From positions 1-64,000 of the IMG/VR virus record IMGVR_UViG_3300042691_039251: a DNA stretch of 64,000 bases; one strand, given 5' to 3'. Of the stretch, positions 36,523-48,078 are shown piece by piece (the first letter of the stretch is position 1; each line of letters opens with the position of its first letter). Below the pieces are notes generated by a model. It saw nothing but the letters and a program-made list of their open reading frames with translations, searched no databases and had not been told where the DNA came from. The translations under genes were made by a program, and so were the position numbers. The stretch is from a virus.

Positions 36523-37016
36523 TGACTACAAAAGAGATCATAGCTAAATATCCTAAGATCTTCCAGCCGTATGAAGGCAATCCAGAAAATGTGAACTGGT
36601 ACGGAGTACCAAAAGGCTGGCTCTGGGTGATCGACTCTCTCTGCGCATCGATCCAGAACTATTGCGATTCATCCATCTCAAAGATGAATCCCGATTACGT
36701 AGAAGGGTCTGTCTACGATAAAGAAGACACAAAGACTCACAGATACTTACAGATTCCTCGAGAACAGGTGGTCTGCGTTCAGATGAAAGAAAAGTTCGGA
36801 GGGTTGAGGTTCTACACTGACGGACACAACGAGACAGTCGAGGGAATGATCAGAATGGCTGAGCAGATCTGTTCAGAAACTTGTGAGACTTGTGAGACTC
36901 GTGAAGGCGTAGGCTACACTCGAGGTTGGATCACGGTCCGTTGCAGAGCTTGTGCCGAGGAGGCCGGAAAAGAATGGGTAAGCACTGAAGATTGGAAAGC
37001 AAAAATAAAGATATGA
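36522..37016 (+). CDS. Hypothetical phage protein with Cys motifs
   Basis: GW...QMKEKFGGLRFY, CETC, CRAC. Confidence 0.75.
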   Translation: MTTKEIIAKYPKIFQPYEGNPENVNWYGVPKGWLWVIDSLCASIQNYCDSSISKMNPDYVEGSVYDKEDTKTHRYLQIPREQVVCVQMKEKFGGLRFYTDGHNETVEGMIRMAEQICSETCETCETREGVGYTRGWITVRCRACAEEAGKEWVSTEDWKAKIKI

Positions 37017-37492
37017 CAAAGACGAAGAAAAAGAAAGAAGAGAAGAAAGAGCTCAGCCCGAAAGAGATCGCTTGGAGCGTCTTTCTAGAAGACTACGATG
37101 ATCCTGAGATCGAGAAGCGGTACGAGGGTTTCATCAAGAATTTAGAATGGAAGAAGAAGAGACACGACGATCTCGTCGGACCCCTCGATGAGACGATCGA
37201 AGAATATGAGGCATTAGGAGAGATCCTCTCAGGTCTGGTGAAACAGGGTCACTTTAGCTATGAGAATGACACTCTCATACCTAAGTTGAAAGAGCTCGAG
37301 AAAAAGGCTGATGAGATGAGGGTTGAGATCATGGGATTGAAAGCAGACTTTAACAAAGAACACACGCTGATCAAGAAATACGAGGACGCTGCAGAGAACA
37401 AGCTCTTCTACCACTGGAGGTATTTGAAAGCGTTCGATCCCGAAGTTCCAGTCTGGACAGAGTTCAGAGCAAAATGGTCTAAAATCTTTTAA
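37013..37492 (+). CDS. Hypothetical coiled-coil protein
   Basis: Start moved to ATG 37013 (ATGA overlap). Confidence 0.65.
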   Translation: MTKTKKKKEEKKELSPKEIAWSVFLEDYDDPEIEKRYEGFIKNLEWKKKRHDDLVGPLDETIEEYEALGEILSGLVKQGHFSYENDTLIPKLKELEKKADEMRVEIMGLKADFNKEHTLIKKYEDAAENKLFYHWRYLKAFDPEVPVWTEFRAKWSKIF

Positions 37493-37540
37493 AAAGTTTC
37501 AAAAAAGTTTCATTTTATTTTTTATGTCGTGTTTTTTTAT

Positions 37541-37548
37541 TAAATTTG
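37541..37548 (+). promoter_or_regulatory. Bacteroidota sigma70-type -7 element (TAAATTTG)
   Basis: Matches TAnnTTTG in an AT-rich intergenic gap about 25 nt before ATG 37573. Confidence 0.55.
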
Positions 37549-37572
37549 TATATCACAAAACAATAACACCAC

Positions 37573-37758
37573 ATGGCAACATTCAAGCTAAGACAGGACT
37601 ACTATGGCAACAAGGACTATGGTAAACGCGCATTCTACCTTCTCGATGAGAACGGTAACCAAACACACGATTTCGTCTTTATCGACGAAGTTGATGAATG
37701 GGCGGATTCGATGAGATCGGAAGGACACACAGTTGAAATCGAATACTCAGAAGAATAA
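37573..37758 (+). CDS. Small hypothetical (early-type) protein
   Basis: 61 aa, after a putative host-type promoter. Confidence 0.65.
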   Translation: MATFKLRQDYYGNKDYGKRAFYLLDENGNQTHDFVFIDEVDEWADSMRSEGHTVEIEYSEE

Positions 37759-37765
37759 CTAACAC

Positions 37766-37792
37766 GGGGTGGTGGACAACCACCCCATTTTT
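37766..37792 (+). terminator. Hairpin / weak terminator
   Basis: GGGGTGGT-GGACA-ACCACCCC followed by ATTTTT. Confidence 0.6.
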
Positions 37793-37813
37793 CAATCTAA
37801 AACTCACACCACC

Positions 37814-38104
37814 ATGTCAAGAGGAACAGACTTTAAAATCATCACACTCTCCAACAGAGAAACAGACGAAGAAGTAGACGTTTACGTACGTTACAGCTGG
37901 TACTATGCACCAGGCGTCCACACGATGCCTAACGGAGATCCCGGTTATCCCGACGAAAGCGAAATCGAGATCAAGGACTTCCACCTCAGCGAAGCACCTA
38001 ACGATCCCATTCCCGATTGGGTCGACGAAGGAATGATAGAAGAAGCAATCTGGGAAGCCGGAGATGTCTTCACACAAGACTCAGATTACGATTTTGACTA
38101 CTAA
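37814..38104 (+). CDS. Acidic hypothetical protein
   Basis: Start moved to ATG 37814; NGDPGYPDE motif. Confidence 0.7.
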   Translation: MSRGTDFKIITLSNRETDEEVDVYVRYSWYYAPGVHTMPNGDPGYPDESEIEIKDFHLSEAPNDPIPDWVDEGMIEEAIWEAGDVFTQDSDYDFDY

Positions 38105-38116
38105 ACGCTCATTCAG

Positions 38117-38452
38117 ATGAATATCGAAATACTTTCAAACTCTTCAGCAGCTAACGGAACATCTTTTCACGGTCAGATGTTCTATGCTACACCGCAGCAG
38201 CTCACCGACATCTTCGGTCCAGCTGAATACATCTACAATGACGGGGAGGGCAAAGTCAACTTTGAATGGACTTTGAACTTGGTCGATCCAGAAACCGAAA
38301 CTGAAAAGCCCTTCACCATCTACGACTGGAAAGAGTACAGAAGGCTTTCAATGGACGAAAAGATAGAATGGCACGTCGGAGCACACGACAGCTACACAGG
38401 TCTTCTCGCTCGAATTGCTATCATTGATGCACTAACTCCAAACGCTTCCTGA
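38117..38452 (+). CDS. Hypothetical phage protein
   Basis: GTSFHG, GKVNFEW, TIYDWK, WHVG. Confidence 0.75.
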   Translation: MNIEILSNSSAANGTSFHGQMFYATPQQLTDIFGPAEYIYNDGEGKVNFEWTLNLVDPETETEKPFTIYDWKEYRRLSMDEKIEWHVGAHDSYTGLLARIAIIDALTPNAS

Positions 38453-38499
38453 TCTAACTCTTTTCTCCAAAGATAGATATGCCAAAGCAATAATTAGTT

Positions 38500-41400
38500 T
38501 TGGCCGGATATCGCATTACCAACACCTCAGGCATCGCTCTCAATACAGATAACGAGGGCATCAGCATTCCCACCACGAACAATGTGGCCGGGCTGAGGAC
38601 GACCGGAGTACCAACCGGTTCAATCATCTTCAACACTGCTGATAGCCAGTTCTACGGTTTCAACGGAACGAGCTGGGTGAGGACGAGCACCTCTGGGACC
38701 TCGGGTTCTGCAGGGACTGCAGGTTCGAGCGGAACAAGCGGAACCTCAGGTTCTAGCGGAACTGCTGGGACTTCGGGTTCTAGCGGAACTGCCGGAACTT
38801 CGGGCATTGAGGGCCCACAAGGCATCCAGGGTCCACAGGGACCTCAAGGGCCTATCGGACCACAAGGAATCCAAGGACCTATTGGTCCACAGGGATTCCA
38901 AGGACCAGGAGGCACGAGTGGATCAAGCGGAACTGCTGGGACTTCGGGTTCGAGCGGAACTGCTGGGACGAGCGGTACTAGTGGAATACAAGGACCTCAG
39001 GGTCAGACTGGACCGCAGGGTCAGACTGGACCTCAGGGAAATACTGGACCTCAAGGCAACCAAGGTCCCATCGGACCGCAAGGCGTACAAGGACCGGGCG
39101 GAACAAGCGGTACTAGCGGAAATAGCGGAACTTCAGGAACCAGCGGTGGACAGGGTCCACAAGGTCCACAGGGACCAATCGGGCCTCAAGGCTTACAGGG
39201 ACCACAAGGTGCCCAAGGACCTATTGGACCACAGGGAAATCAAGGACCAGGAGGAAGCAGTGGAACCAGCGGCGGACAGGGGCCTGGTGGATCTTCAGGA
39301 ACAAGCGGAACAAGCGGAGCTCAAGGTCCACAAGGAGCCCAAGGGCCGATAGGACCGGGCACTGTCAGTGGAACTACTAATTACGTTTCTAAATTTACTA
39401 ATAGCACTTCTTTAGGAAATTCCATCATATACGATGACGGCAGCAGTGTAGGCATCAATGTGATTCCTACAGCACCTTTACATCTCTACAAGGCTTCGAA
39501 CGCCTTTATGCAGATACAGTCAGCAGGTGGTAGTTATTCCTATTTAGAACTCGCTACACCATCAAGCGGAAGCGGCTACATCATCAAAAATCTAACCACA
39601 GGAAACAGTGCTCTGAATAAGAGTTTATATCTGTGGAATGCCGATGGAGCAGTTCAATTCGTCCCTAGCGGTGTAATAGGAAATGCAACCACGGTCGATA
39701 CAAGCGGCAACTTGGGAGTAAAAGTGATTCCAAGCGCATGGAGCCAGTTCTCCGTTTTGCAGCTAGGAGGAAGCACTTATGCTGGTGTTGCATCAAGTAA
39801 CACTTACATCAACCTATCAACCAACGTATACTATGATGGCAGTAATTTCAAGTACATAACAAACGGCGTATCTACACGGTATCAACAATCGAGCGGAGAA
39901 CACTATTGGTATACCGCGCCATCGGGAACTGCAGGCGCAACGGCGTCTCATGTTCAGTTTATGGTGTTAGATGATAGCGGTAATCTAGGCCTAGGCTCTG
40001 GCACAAACCCTGCAAACTGGGCAAGCGGAACAGAGAGCGTTTTACAGATAAAGAACGGTGCAGTTTACGGATATCAAAATTATGAAGTTGGCCTAACAGC
40101 AAACACATACTATAATGCTGGGTGGAAATACATCGAAACACAAACTGCTGCAATGATTTATATTGCAGGCAGCATGGATTTCAGAGTAGCAGCAGCGGGC
40201 ACTGCGGGGACGGCGATCACCTGGACATCACCATTGGGCATAGCTATTACAGGGGAAGTTTCATTTACAGCTATTTCAAGATCTTGGTCTTATTCAGCAC
40301 CTTCTACAACCTACAAAAATATAGATTGGGGAGGTGGTGGAGCACTATTCAGAGATTCTTATGATTCTTACCTAACGTCAAACACATATTATAGCACAGC
40401 AGGATGGAAAGCTAAATATACACATAGTGGTGGTATTGGTACGTGGAGAATGTTAGGAGGTGATGTTGCTTGGCATACGTATGATGGTTCTGTAACAGCA
40501 GGAACTGTGTATAGTATGACTGATAAGTTTTTTATATCTAAATCAGGTAACGTAGGAATAGGAGAGGCTGTTGATACGTTTCCTAACGGAGATTCACTGC
40601 TCATTAAAAATAGCGGTGTTTGGAATGTCACCATCGGTTTGCAAAATACAGGAACGGGCGGCAGAAAGTGGAACATATTCAGTACAAACGACACATTTAG
40701 CCAAGGCGGCGGAAAGCTGCTGTTCTATCACGCTACATCTAGTAGCAATCCAATGTTGATTGATGGTTCAGATAGAGTTTGCATAAATACCATTACTGCG
40801 AGCAGCACCTATGGAACATTGACGGTAGCCGGTGTAGGTATAACGATAGCTAATGACGGTAATGCCAAACTGCAAATAGGCAGATATTCATCAGGCGTGC
40901 CTAACTCTTATATTAAATTAGGAACAAGTTCCAATAGTCTTCGCATCACAAACAATAATGACACTGCTGATGTATTTACGATAGAAAATGGAGGTAACGT
41001 TGGAATTGGTACTACTTCGCCTGCATGTAGACTGCATATAGAAAGTGCATCGGCGTCTTATGGACAATTTAGAATTACAAGCACGAGCAACAATACAGGA
41101 GAAGCTAGCATAAATTTCGGTAGAACAGACCAGGCCATAGATAGTAGATGGACTGTTGGCCAAGGCGTAGCTAGCATAGGAGACAGTTTTGGATTTTATA
41201 CAGGCGGTAGCCCCAAAGTAGTTATCAACACTAGCGGTGATGTTGGAATTGGTGCCACTCTACCTGGATCTAAACTAGACGTTAGAGCAGGATCAAACTA
41301 TCCACTAATTTTAGATTCTACTCAACAATATCTGTTAGGTTTATATAGAGACGGAACGGCAGAATGGTGGTTAGCTGTTAGTGGAGGCGATTTGAAAATT

Positions 41401-42846
41401 CATGAAAATGGAGTAGGAGATCAAATCATTTTTAAAGCTGGAGGCAATGTAGGGATTGGGGTATCTCCAAACACTAAATTAGACGTAAATGGAACGGGAT
41501 TATTCAGAGGTAGAGTAACACTGGGAGCAGGCATTACTACTGGTCAAACTTACGGTCAACTGAATGTTTGGGATACAGCATCAGGGAGCGGGTCAAGCCG
41601 TATGGCTGATTTTACCAATGGCACAGATGCTAACATGAACTTTTATGTTAGTCAAATTGGTGCCACTACTAAATACGCTGAGATTGCAAGCTATTCTACG
41701 CTTCCTTTAGTATTGAACAAAACATCAGGCGGTAATGTTGGAATTAACATTTATGACCCTGCACATAAATTAACCGTTCAGAATGGAGATATTGCAATAG
41801 GTAATGGTAACCAAACATCAGGTGACTTCTCTCAAGCTCAGGCTTTACATTTTCTGAACGAAACGACAACTCCTTTAGCTACCATCAAAGCCGTACGTGT
41901 CAATTGGGCTCAAGGACAAACAGATTTAACGTTCTCAACTTACAACTCAGGAATGAGTGAAAAGGTGAGAATTGCATATAACGGAGCTGTCGGTATTGGA
42001 ACAACAAATTTAACAGGCTTAACGGGTAGTTGTCTATACATTAGAGCAACCTCATCCAACGTAGGTCAATCAGCAATTTCCATTCAAGATTACTTAGCTA
42101 GAAATCGCTGGGTGATTAACGGCCAAGACGGCGCAGACAATTTTTCTTTAAACATTTACTCTGCACCGAGTGCAAGCAATGACTTTACTCGAAGATTAAG
42201 AATCGGCCAAGACGGCGTATTCTCATTCGGCGGCACAGACACAACTTACAGATACAATTTTGAAGCAGGCTCGGTCTACATTCCAGGTGGTCAGGGTGGC
42301 AACGTAAGCACAGCTTACACTTCTTGGAACCAGCTCGTATTCGGTGATCAATACTCTGACGTAGCACGTGGCCCTAACAAAATAGTCACTTATGGTAGAG
42401 GCGGCGGTTGGGTCGCAGGTATCGGAATACATAACGACACTCAAGCTTATTACGCCGGAGGCACTCACAAATTCTACAAGTTCGATGGTACTACAGCTAC
42501 TCTCAATCTGAGCCTCGACGGCAGCGGAAACTTAGTAGCCACGGGAGACGTTACAGCCTACTCAGACATCAGGCTCAAGGAGAACATCGACACTATAAGC
42601 TCGGCCTTGGAGAAGACTCTCCGTCTCAGAGGAGTCTACTACAATAAAATAGGAGAGGAAAAAAGAAGTCTCGGAGTCATTGCTCAAGAAGTCGAGGAAG
42701 TCATTCCTGAAGTCGTCTCTGAGCTCGAAGGATATAAGGGTGTCTCTTATGGAAACATGGTCGGTCTCCTCATCGAGGCCGTAAAAGAGCTGAACAAGAA
42801 AATTGAAGCACAAGACGAATTGATCAAATCTCTCTTAGATAGATAA
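38500..42846 (+). CDS. Collagen-like tail fibre paralogue 1 with S74 chaperone
   Basis: TTG start, shared 65-aa head, 74 G-X-Y triplets (38695-39360), GNVGIG linkers, SDIRLK...GVIAQEV...[11 protein letters not shown]. Confidence 0.9.
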   Translation: MAGYRITNTSGIALNTDNEGISIPTTNNVAGLRTTGVPTGSIIFNTADSQFYGFNGTSWVRTSTSGTSGSAGTAGSSGTSGTSGSSGTAGTSGSSGTAGTSGIEGPQGIQGPQGPQGPIGPQGIQGPIGPQGFQGPGGTSGSSGTAGTSGSSGTAGTSGTSGIQGPQGQTGPQGQTGPQGNTGPQGNQGPIGPQGVQGPGGTSGTSGNSGTSGTSGGQGPQGPQGPIGPQGLQGPQGAQGPIGPQGNQGPGGSSGTSGGQGPGGSSGTSGTSGAQGPQGAQGPIGPGTVSGTTNYVSKFTNSTSLGNSIIYDDGSSVGINVIPTAPLHLYKASNAFMQIQSAGGSYSYLELATPSSGSGYIIKNLTTGNSALNKSLYLWNADGAVQFVPSGVIGNATTVDTSGNLGVKVIPSAWSQFSVLQLGGSTYAGVASSNTYINLSTNVYYDGSNFKYITNGVSTRYQQSSGEHYWYTAPSGTAGATASHVQFMVLDDSGNLGLGSGTNPANWASGTESVLQIKNGAVYGYQNYEVGLTANTYYNAGWKYIETQTAAMIYIAGSMDFRVAAAGTAGTAITWTSPLGIAITGEVSFTAISRSWSYSAPSTTYKNIDWGGGGALFRDSYDSYLTSNTYYSTAGWKAKYTHSGGIGTWRMLGGDVAWHTYDGSVTAGTVYSMTDKFFISKSGNVGIGEAVDTFPNGDSLLIKNSGVWNVTIGLQNTGTGGRKWNIFSTNDTFSQGGGKLLFYHATSSSNPMLIDGSDRVCINTITASSTYGTLTVAGVGITIANDGNAKLQIGRYSSGVPNSYIKLGTSSNSLRITNNNDTADVFTIENGGNVGIGTTSPACRLHIESASASYGQFRITSTSNNTGEASINFGRTDQAIDSRWTVGQGVASIGDSFGFYTGGSPKVVINTSGDVGIGATLPGSKLDVRAGSNYPLILDSTQQYLLGLYRDGTAEWWLAVSGGDLKIHENGVGDQIIFKAGGNVGIGVSPNTKLDVNGTGLFRGRVTLGAGITTGQTYGQLNVWDTASGSGSSRMADFTNGTDANMNFYVSQIGATTKYAEIASYSTLPLVLNKTSGGNVGINIYDPAHKLTVQNGDIAIGNGNQTSGDFSQAQALHFLNETTTPLATIKAVRVNWAQGQTDLTFSTYNSGMSEKVRIAYNGAVGIGTTNLTGLTGSCLYIRATSSNVGQSAISIQDYLARNRWVINGQDGADNFSLNIYSAPSASNDFTRRLRIGQDGVFSFGGTDTTYRYNFEAGSVYIPGGQGGNVSTAYTSWNQLVFGDQYSDVARGPNKIVTYGRGGGWVAGIGIHNDTQAYYAGGTHKFYKFDGTTATLNLSLDGSGNLVATGDVTAYSDIRLKENIDTISSALEKTLRLRGVYYNKIGEEKRSLGVIAQEVEEVIPEVVSELEGYKGVSYGNMVGLLIEAVKELNKKIEAQDELIKSLLDR

Positions 42847-42848
42847 GC

Positions 42849-42920
42849 CAAAGCAAATCTAGTTTTGGCCGGATACCGCATATCGAACACATCGGGCATT
42901 GCCCTTTCCACTGACAACGA
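42849..42920 (+). repeat. 72-bp direct repeat spanning a fibre gene start (copy 1)
   Basis: Identical to 57483-57554. Confidence 0.85.
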
Positions 42921-45900
42921 GGGGATCTCAATTCCTACCACGAACAACGTGGCTGGACTCAGAGCCTCGGGTGTCCCTACAGGATCGCTGATCTTCAGCA
43001 CCACAGATAACCAACTCTACTCTTTCAACGGAACGAGCTGGGTCAGAGCCTCTACCTCTGGATCCAGCGGAACTGCAGGAACTTCAGGTTCTTCAGGAAC
43101 CGCAGGAACATCGGGTTCTAGCGGAACTGCTGGAACATCAGGTTCTAGTGGAACCTCTGGTCTACAGGGTCCAGCCGGGCCGCAGGGAGCTCAGGGACCG
43201 CAAGGCGCGACTGGGCCTCAAGGTGCTCAAGGTCCGCAAGGGATCCAAGGTCCACAAGGAGTCCAAGGTCCGAGCGGTAGCAGTGGAACCAGTGGTACAT
43301 CAGGTTCTAGCGGAACTGCAGGAACTTCAGGTTCTAGCGGAACTGCAGGAACGAGTGGAACTAGCGGCTCTTCGGGCACAGCCGGAACTAGCGGTTCTGC
43401 TGGAACTGCGGGTACTAGTGGAACTCCGGGAACGAGCGGAACGAGCGGAGGACAGGGAGGTCTAGGACCTCAAGGTCCACAGGGACCTATCGGACCGGGC
43501 GGACCTCAGGGAAATACTGGACCTCAGGGACCACAAGGGCCACAGGGAAATGCCGGATCGAGCGGTACGAGCGGTACCACCGGAACTTCAGGAACTAGCG
43601 GTGGTCAGGGCCCTCAAGGCAACCAGGGTCCTCAAGGAGCTCAAGGTCCACAGGGTAACACCGGTCCACAGGGTCCACAGGGACCACAAGGGCCGGGTGG
43701 CGGGCAAGGACCTGGCGGTTCTTCAGGAACAAGTGGAACTTCAGCAGCTTCGGCTATCACTAACAACACAAACAACTATGTTGTTACTGCAACAGGAGAT
43801 GGAACTACTCCTTTTAACGGTGAGGCTAATCTACAATTCAATGGATCAATTTTAACAGTAGAAGGTAATCTCCAGCAAAAGGGCAAGATCTACTACACTT
43901 ACGATTGGTTACAAGAAAAGGATTTTGGATATGGGGGTGGCTATAAAACTTTAGCTATTGGGAGTTTATCTTCTTCTAATGTGTTTAGTTTAGCCTTCGG
44001 GGTAGACGTGAGCGGTAACCCTAGCGGATCTTTTTCAGGTTACGGCAGCGAATACTTTTGGAGAAGCGCAGGTTCTTTCAAAACTCCGAATTCATCTAAT
44101 AACGGTTACAATCAGCTATTTGAATGGAATAGCAGCGGAGGAATGACTTTTAATCAAGCCGCTGAATTTATAGGAACGGTAACAGTCGGTTCTCCTTTGT
44201 CTGTAAAAAGTACAACTCCTTACATTCAATGGATAAATGCTTCTTCGACGAGATTAGCGTACATCCAACATAACGCCACAAACTTAGTTTACAATGCAGA
44301 TACCGGAGTTCACGTATTTAATCAAAATGTAGATATTAATGGTTCAACACTAACACTTACGCCTGCTGCATATAGTGGTAATTATAAATCATTATTTGCC
44401 ACTATGAGCAGTGCTCAAGGTGTGTTACAATTAGGTAACAACGGAGCAAACTACATCGTTGCGGGCAACAGCTTTGCAGGTGGGCAAATGCTTTTTTATG
44501 TTAATGCCACTTCAAGTTTTCTAAGTTCTGTAAATGGAACATTGGCTCTAACACTCTCCTCTAACGCAGCGGCTACCTTTAGTTCAGCTCTTACTGTTAT
44601 TAGCACGGGTAATTTTGGTGGAGGTACTTTAAACGGAGCAGCTTTTATAATTAAAGGAGCAAATAGCACACCTGCTACAAGCGGCACTACGACAGGTGCT
44701 GTATTAAGACTTTCAAGCGGAACAGGACTTTATAATGTTCTTGATTTTGGAACAAATGAAGCATTAGATTATTCTTGGATTCAATCAACAAGAGCAAATA
44801 GTTTAGGTACTTACGACTACCTAGCAATACAGCCTAACGGTGGTAATTTACTTGTAGGTACAACTGCTAATTCAACATTTAAACTTGATGTAAATGGCAC
44901 GGCTAGGGTGAGTGGTGTGGCTACGTTTAGTAGCAGAGTAAATGTAAATGGGGCATCAGATGATGCGGATATTGCACTGCAAACAGTTGCGCCAAGTGGG
45001 GCAGGCAAATATATTTATGTTGGTAGAGATTCTTCAGCTCAATGGAGATTCTCTGTTGCTTCAAGTGGAGATACTCAAATAGGAGCACCTCAATCAGGAG
45101 CAACATATAAACTACTTACATTAAGTAGTAGTGGGAATAACTTAGATACAGGAACAGTACTCAGACTTATTGGTAACTCTGCCCTTGATTTGGTTGACAT
45201 TTCTGTAAATGATACAACTACAAGAATTTACCATCAGGAAAATGCAGCAGACGCAGCAAACGGGTATGGCAAAATTCAGTTCAGAACCAACGCAACTGCA
45301 AATGGAAGTTCCCCGACAAGAGGAGGCTTTCAATTTACTATCGGTTCAACAGATGCTTTATTCATTAATTCAATAGGTCAGGCCACATTTACTACAACGT
45401 CAGGGAGTGGCATAACAATTACCACGAACGATGTCACTACTTTAAAAATGACTAGTTCAGCCGGTACTACTAAGAATTGGGGATTTGCTACAACGAATTT
45501 AGCTGCTAGTGATTTTGGAATTTATCAATCTAATGCAGCAGGAGGAGATCCTATAAGCGCAGGAGCTGCTAAGTTGTATTTTAACGGAAACGGTGCAGCT
45601 ACATTTAGCTCATCAATTACCGTCGGTGTAATACCTGCATTGAACCCCTCAGGGTTTGGATATGACCCCAATGGATATAAAACACTAATTCTTGGGCCAA
45701 CAAATCCAACAGGTTATCAGACTCTCTGTATAGGCGTTGATGTAAGTGGCATCGCAAGCGGAGCTTTCAGCGGAGCCGGCGGAGAGATCGTCTGGAAGAA
45801 TGTCTGTACCTGGATCACTCCAAACGCCGCAAATACTTCGTATAATACTCTTCTCAGTTGGAATAGCAGCGGTCAGTTTACTTTTAATCAAATATCATAT

Positions 45901-47691
45901 TTTAGCGGAGGGTTAACTTCTCTCGGTTCGTTTGCAATAGGAGATTATACTCAAGGTACAAATACATTAACGTTCGCAGCATCTGCTAACGGTATCGCTA
46001 AGATAAACTTCTATGATTCTAATAACACTGAAGGGCTATATCTAAGAACAGATGGTGAGCAGTACGGAGGTACAATGACTCTTGGTGCAAGATGGGATGA
46101 TGATGAGGCAAAGATTGTTTTCAAGATGTACCAAGTGTCAGCAGGTGCATCTTATAATGCAAGAGTTGGTATTGGTACAGGAGCAATTAATCCTCTTTCA
46201 ATGCTTCACGTTTGTGAAACAGATGGAGGTAATTATTTAGGTTCGTTAAGAGTTGGTGGGGCGTCAGGCTTTGGTATAGTTATGGACTATACACAATCAG
46301 CTGCTACTACAGGAACGATGTATGTTTCTCCGGGTTATACATCAAATGACACTTTATTTAAGTTGGGTGCTGCAAGTGGTAATACTAATCAGTTAGTATT
46401 AAGAGGAAATGGTAGAATTGGTATAGGAACAGATGCACCAAGTAGCAAACTACAAGTAGGATTAGATGAAACCGCTTTTATTTCTATAGCTAACGGGGGT
46501 TCTGCTAACGTAACAAGTGGGATTAATTGGCTCTATGGAAGCGGACAAACTAATGGGGGTGGTATAGAAATGGGGGCTCCTTCAGCTGATAACTTTTATA
46601 TGATTTTCAAAACAAGAAATTCAGGAAGTACTGCTGAGCGAATGAGATTAACGAATGATGGAAATTTAGCAATTGGAGTAACCTCAGCCCCGGGCAGATT
46701 GACTGTTGATTATACATCTTACTCGTCAGCACAAACGCCATTGTATGTTGGTAATACAGGATTTACTGCTTGGAATAGACAATCTTACGATACGTTTGTT
46801 TTACAACAAGATGATGTTACATCATTTAGAATGGTTGAGAAGAATGGTGAAGCAACAACCAATGACCAAGTATTGACATTAAGCATTGGTGATGGTTTAG
46901 GCGTCATTGCAACATCGGCACAACCATTAGGATTCTATGTAAACGGAAGTCCATCAGGCTTAGCTTATCAAGGTTTATCAGGAACGCAGGTCTTGAGATT
47001 AAATACAACCGGCAATGCTCAGTTTTATGGAGCATTAGACGTTGCAAGTACTATTAGTACAAGCGGTTCTATCGTTTCAACAGTAGGCGGAACTTCTGAA
47101 CTTAGATTAAGAGGAGGCGGATATGGTGGAAGTTATAACACTTCACTTAGGTCTTTGGCAGGTGCGATAGGAGTTTTGCAATTTGGTAATAACGGAGGTA
47201 ACTACATTTTAGCAGGTAACACAAATACGGGCGGTCTTTTAGAATTTAGAGTAAACTGTAATTCTGAAAGTATTACATCAGGTTCAAAGGTGTTAACTCT
47301 AAACGCCAATGCAACTGCTAATTTTGAAAGTACGCTAACAGCCGGTGGTGACATCGTAGCATACTCAGATAGAAGATTAAAGACCAACGTTCAACCAATC
47401 AAAAACGCTTTAGATAAGACCCTATCTCTTCAAGGTATCACTTACAATAGAACCGATGCAGATGCTGACAAATCGACAAAAATAGGTTTTATTGCTCAAG
47501 ACGTTCTCGATGTTTTACCTGAAGTAGTCACTCATGATCTCAATTCTGATATTTACGGAGTCTCTTACGGCAATGTCACAGCTCTTCTCGTAGAAGCGAT
47601 CAAGGAGCTCTCAGCACAGAACAAAAAACTTGAAGAAAAGAACAGAGAATTTGAAACTATTCTCAATTCTTTGATAAATAGACAAAAATAA
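42865..47691 (+). CDS. Collagen-like tail fibre paralogue 2 with S74 chaperone
   Basis: TTG start, 76 G-X-Y triplets (43060-43743), SDRRLK...GFIAQDV. Confidence 0.9.
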   Translation: MAGYRISNTSGIALSTDNEGISIPTTNNVAGLRASGVPTGSLIFSTTDNQLYSFNGTSWVRASTSGSSGTAGTSGSSGTAGTSGSSGTAGTSGSSGTSGLQGPAGPQGAQGPQGATGPQGAQGPQGIQGPQGVQGPSGSSGTSGTSGSSGTAGTSGSSGTAGTSGTSGSSGTAGTSGSAGTAGTSGTPGTSGTSGGQGGLGPQGPQGPIGPGGPQGNTGPQGPQGPQGNAGSSGTSGTTGTSGTSGGQGPQGNQGPQGAQGPQGNTGPQGPQGPQGPGGGQGPGGSSGTSGTSAASAITNNTNNYVVTATGDGTTPFNGEANLQFNGSILTVEGNLQQKGKIYYTYDWLQEKDFGYGGGYKTLAIGSLSSSNVFSLAFGVDVSGNPSGSFSGYGSEYFWRSAGSFKTPNSSNNGYNQLFEWNSSGGMTFNQAAEFIGTVTVGSPLSVKSTTPYIQWINASSTRLAYIQHNATNLVYNADTGVHVFNQNVDINGSTLTLTPAAYSGNYKSLFATMSSAQGVLQLGNNGANYIVAGNSFAGGQMLFYVNATSSFLSSVNGTLALTLSSNAAATFSSALTVISTGNFGGGTLNGAAFIIKGANSTPATSGTTTGAVLRLSSGTGLYNVLDFGTNEALDYSWIQSTRANSLGTYDYLAIQPNGGNLLVGTTANSTFKLDVNGTARVSGVATFSSRVNVNGASDDADIALQTVAPSGAGKYIYVGRDSSAQWRFSVASSGDTQIGAPQSGATYKLLTLSSSGNNLDTGTVLRLIGNSALDLVDISVNDTTTRIYHQENAADAANGYGKIQFRTNATANGSSPTRGGFQFTIGSTDALFINSIGQATFTTTSGSGITITTNDVTTLKMTSSAGTTKNWGFATTNLAASDFGIYQSNAAGGDPISAGAAKLYFNGNGAATFSSSITVGVIPALNPSGFGYDPNGYKTLILGPTNPTGYQTLCIGVDVSGIASGAFSGAGGEIVWKNVCTWITPNAANTSYNTLLSWNSSGQFTFNQISYFSGGLTSLGSFAIGDYTQGTNTLTFAASANGIAKINFYDSNNTEGLYLRTDGEQYGGTMTLGARWDDDEAKIVFKMYQVSAGASYNARVGIGTGAINPLSMLHVCETDGGNYLGSLRVGGASGFGIVMDYTQSAATTGTMYVSPGYTSNDTLFKLGAASGNTNQLVLRGNGRIGIGTDAPSSKLQVGLDETAFISIANGGSANVTSGINWLYGSGQTNGGGIEMGAPSADNFYMIFKTRNSGSTAERMRLTNDGNLAIGVTSAPGRLTVDYTSYSSAQTPLYVGNTGFTAWNRQSYDTFVLQQDDVTSFRMVEKNGEATTNDQVLTLSIGDGLGVIATSAQPLGFYVNGSPSGLAYQGLSGTQVLRLNTTGNAQFYGALDVASTISTSGSIVSTVGGTSELRLRGGGYGGSYNTSLRSLAGAIGVLQFGNNGGNYILAGNTNTGGLLEFRVNCNSESITSGSKVLTLNANATANFESTLTAGGDIVAYSDRRLKTNVQPIKNALDKTLSLQGITYNRTDADADKSTKIGFIAQDVLDVLPEVVTHDLNSDIYGVSYGNVTALLVEAIKELSAQNKKLEEKNREFETILNSLINRQK

Positions 47692-47700
47692 AGCAGTAAC

Positions 47701-48045
47701 ATGCCAGCAATGACACAAGGAAACAACATGAAAGTAATCCAGCCAATTTTGGCTTGGTACAACGGAACTGAAACAGAAGGCACAGTCCTTTCTTTACAGT
47801 GCAACAGCGACAACCTCTTCAACCAGGCGAGCTTCAACTACAGCATCTTCTCTACTTCTGAGCCTACGACCGGCCAAGAGTACGGTTATCTCCAAGCGAC
47901 TCTAGTCCAAGGTTACCTCACAATGACCGGCGCAGAGTACGAAGCTTGGCAGACTAACGACTACGCTTTTGAATGGGCAGCTGGAAAATTGAACCTCACT
48001 ATTGTAGGTCCTTACGTTCCACCTTCTCCTAATCCAATGATCTAA
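47701..48045 (+). CDS. Hypothetical protein, possible fibre accessory
   Basis: 114 aa, between fibre genes, preceded by GATAAATA at 47673. Confidence 0.7.
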   Translation: MPAMTQGNNMKVIQPILAWYNGTETEGTVLSLQCNSDNLFNQASFNYSIFSTSEPTTGQEYGYLQATLVQGYLTMTGAEYEAWQTNDYAFEWAAGKLNLTIVGPYVPPSPNPMI

Positions 48046-48078
48046 GCTTAGATAGATAGCCAAAGAAAAAGATAAACT

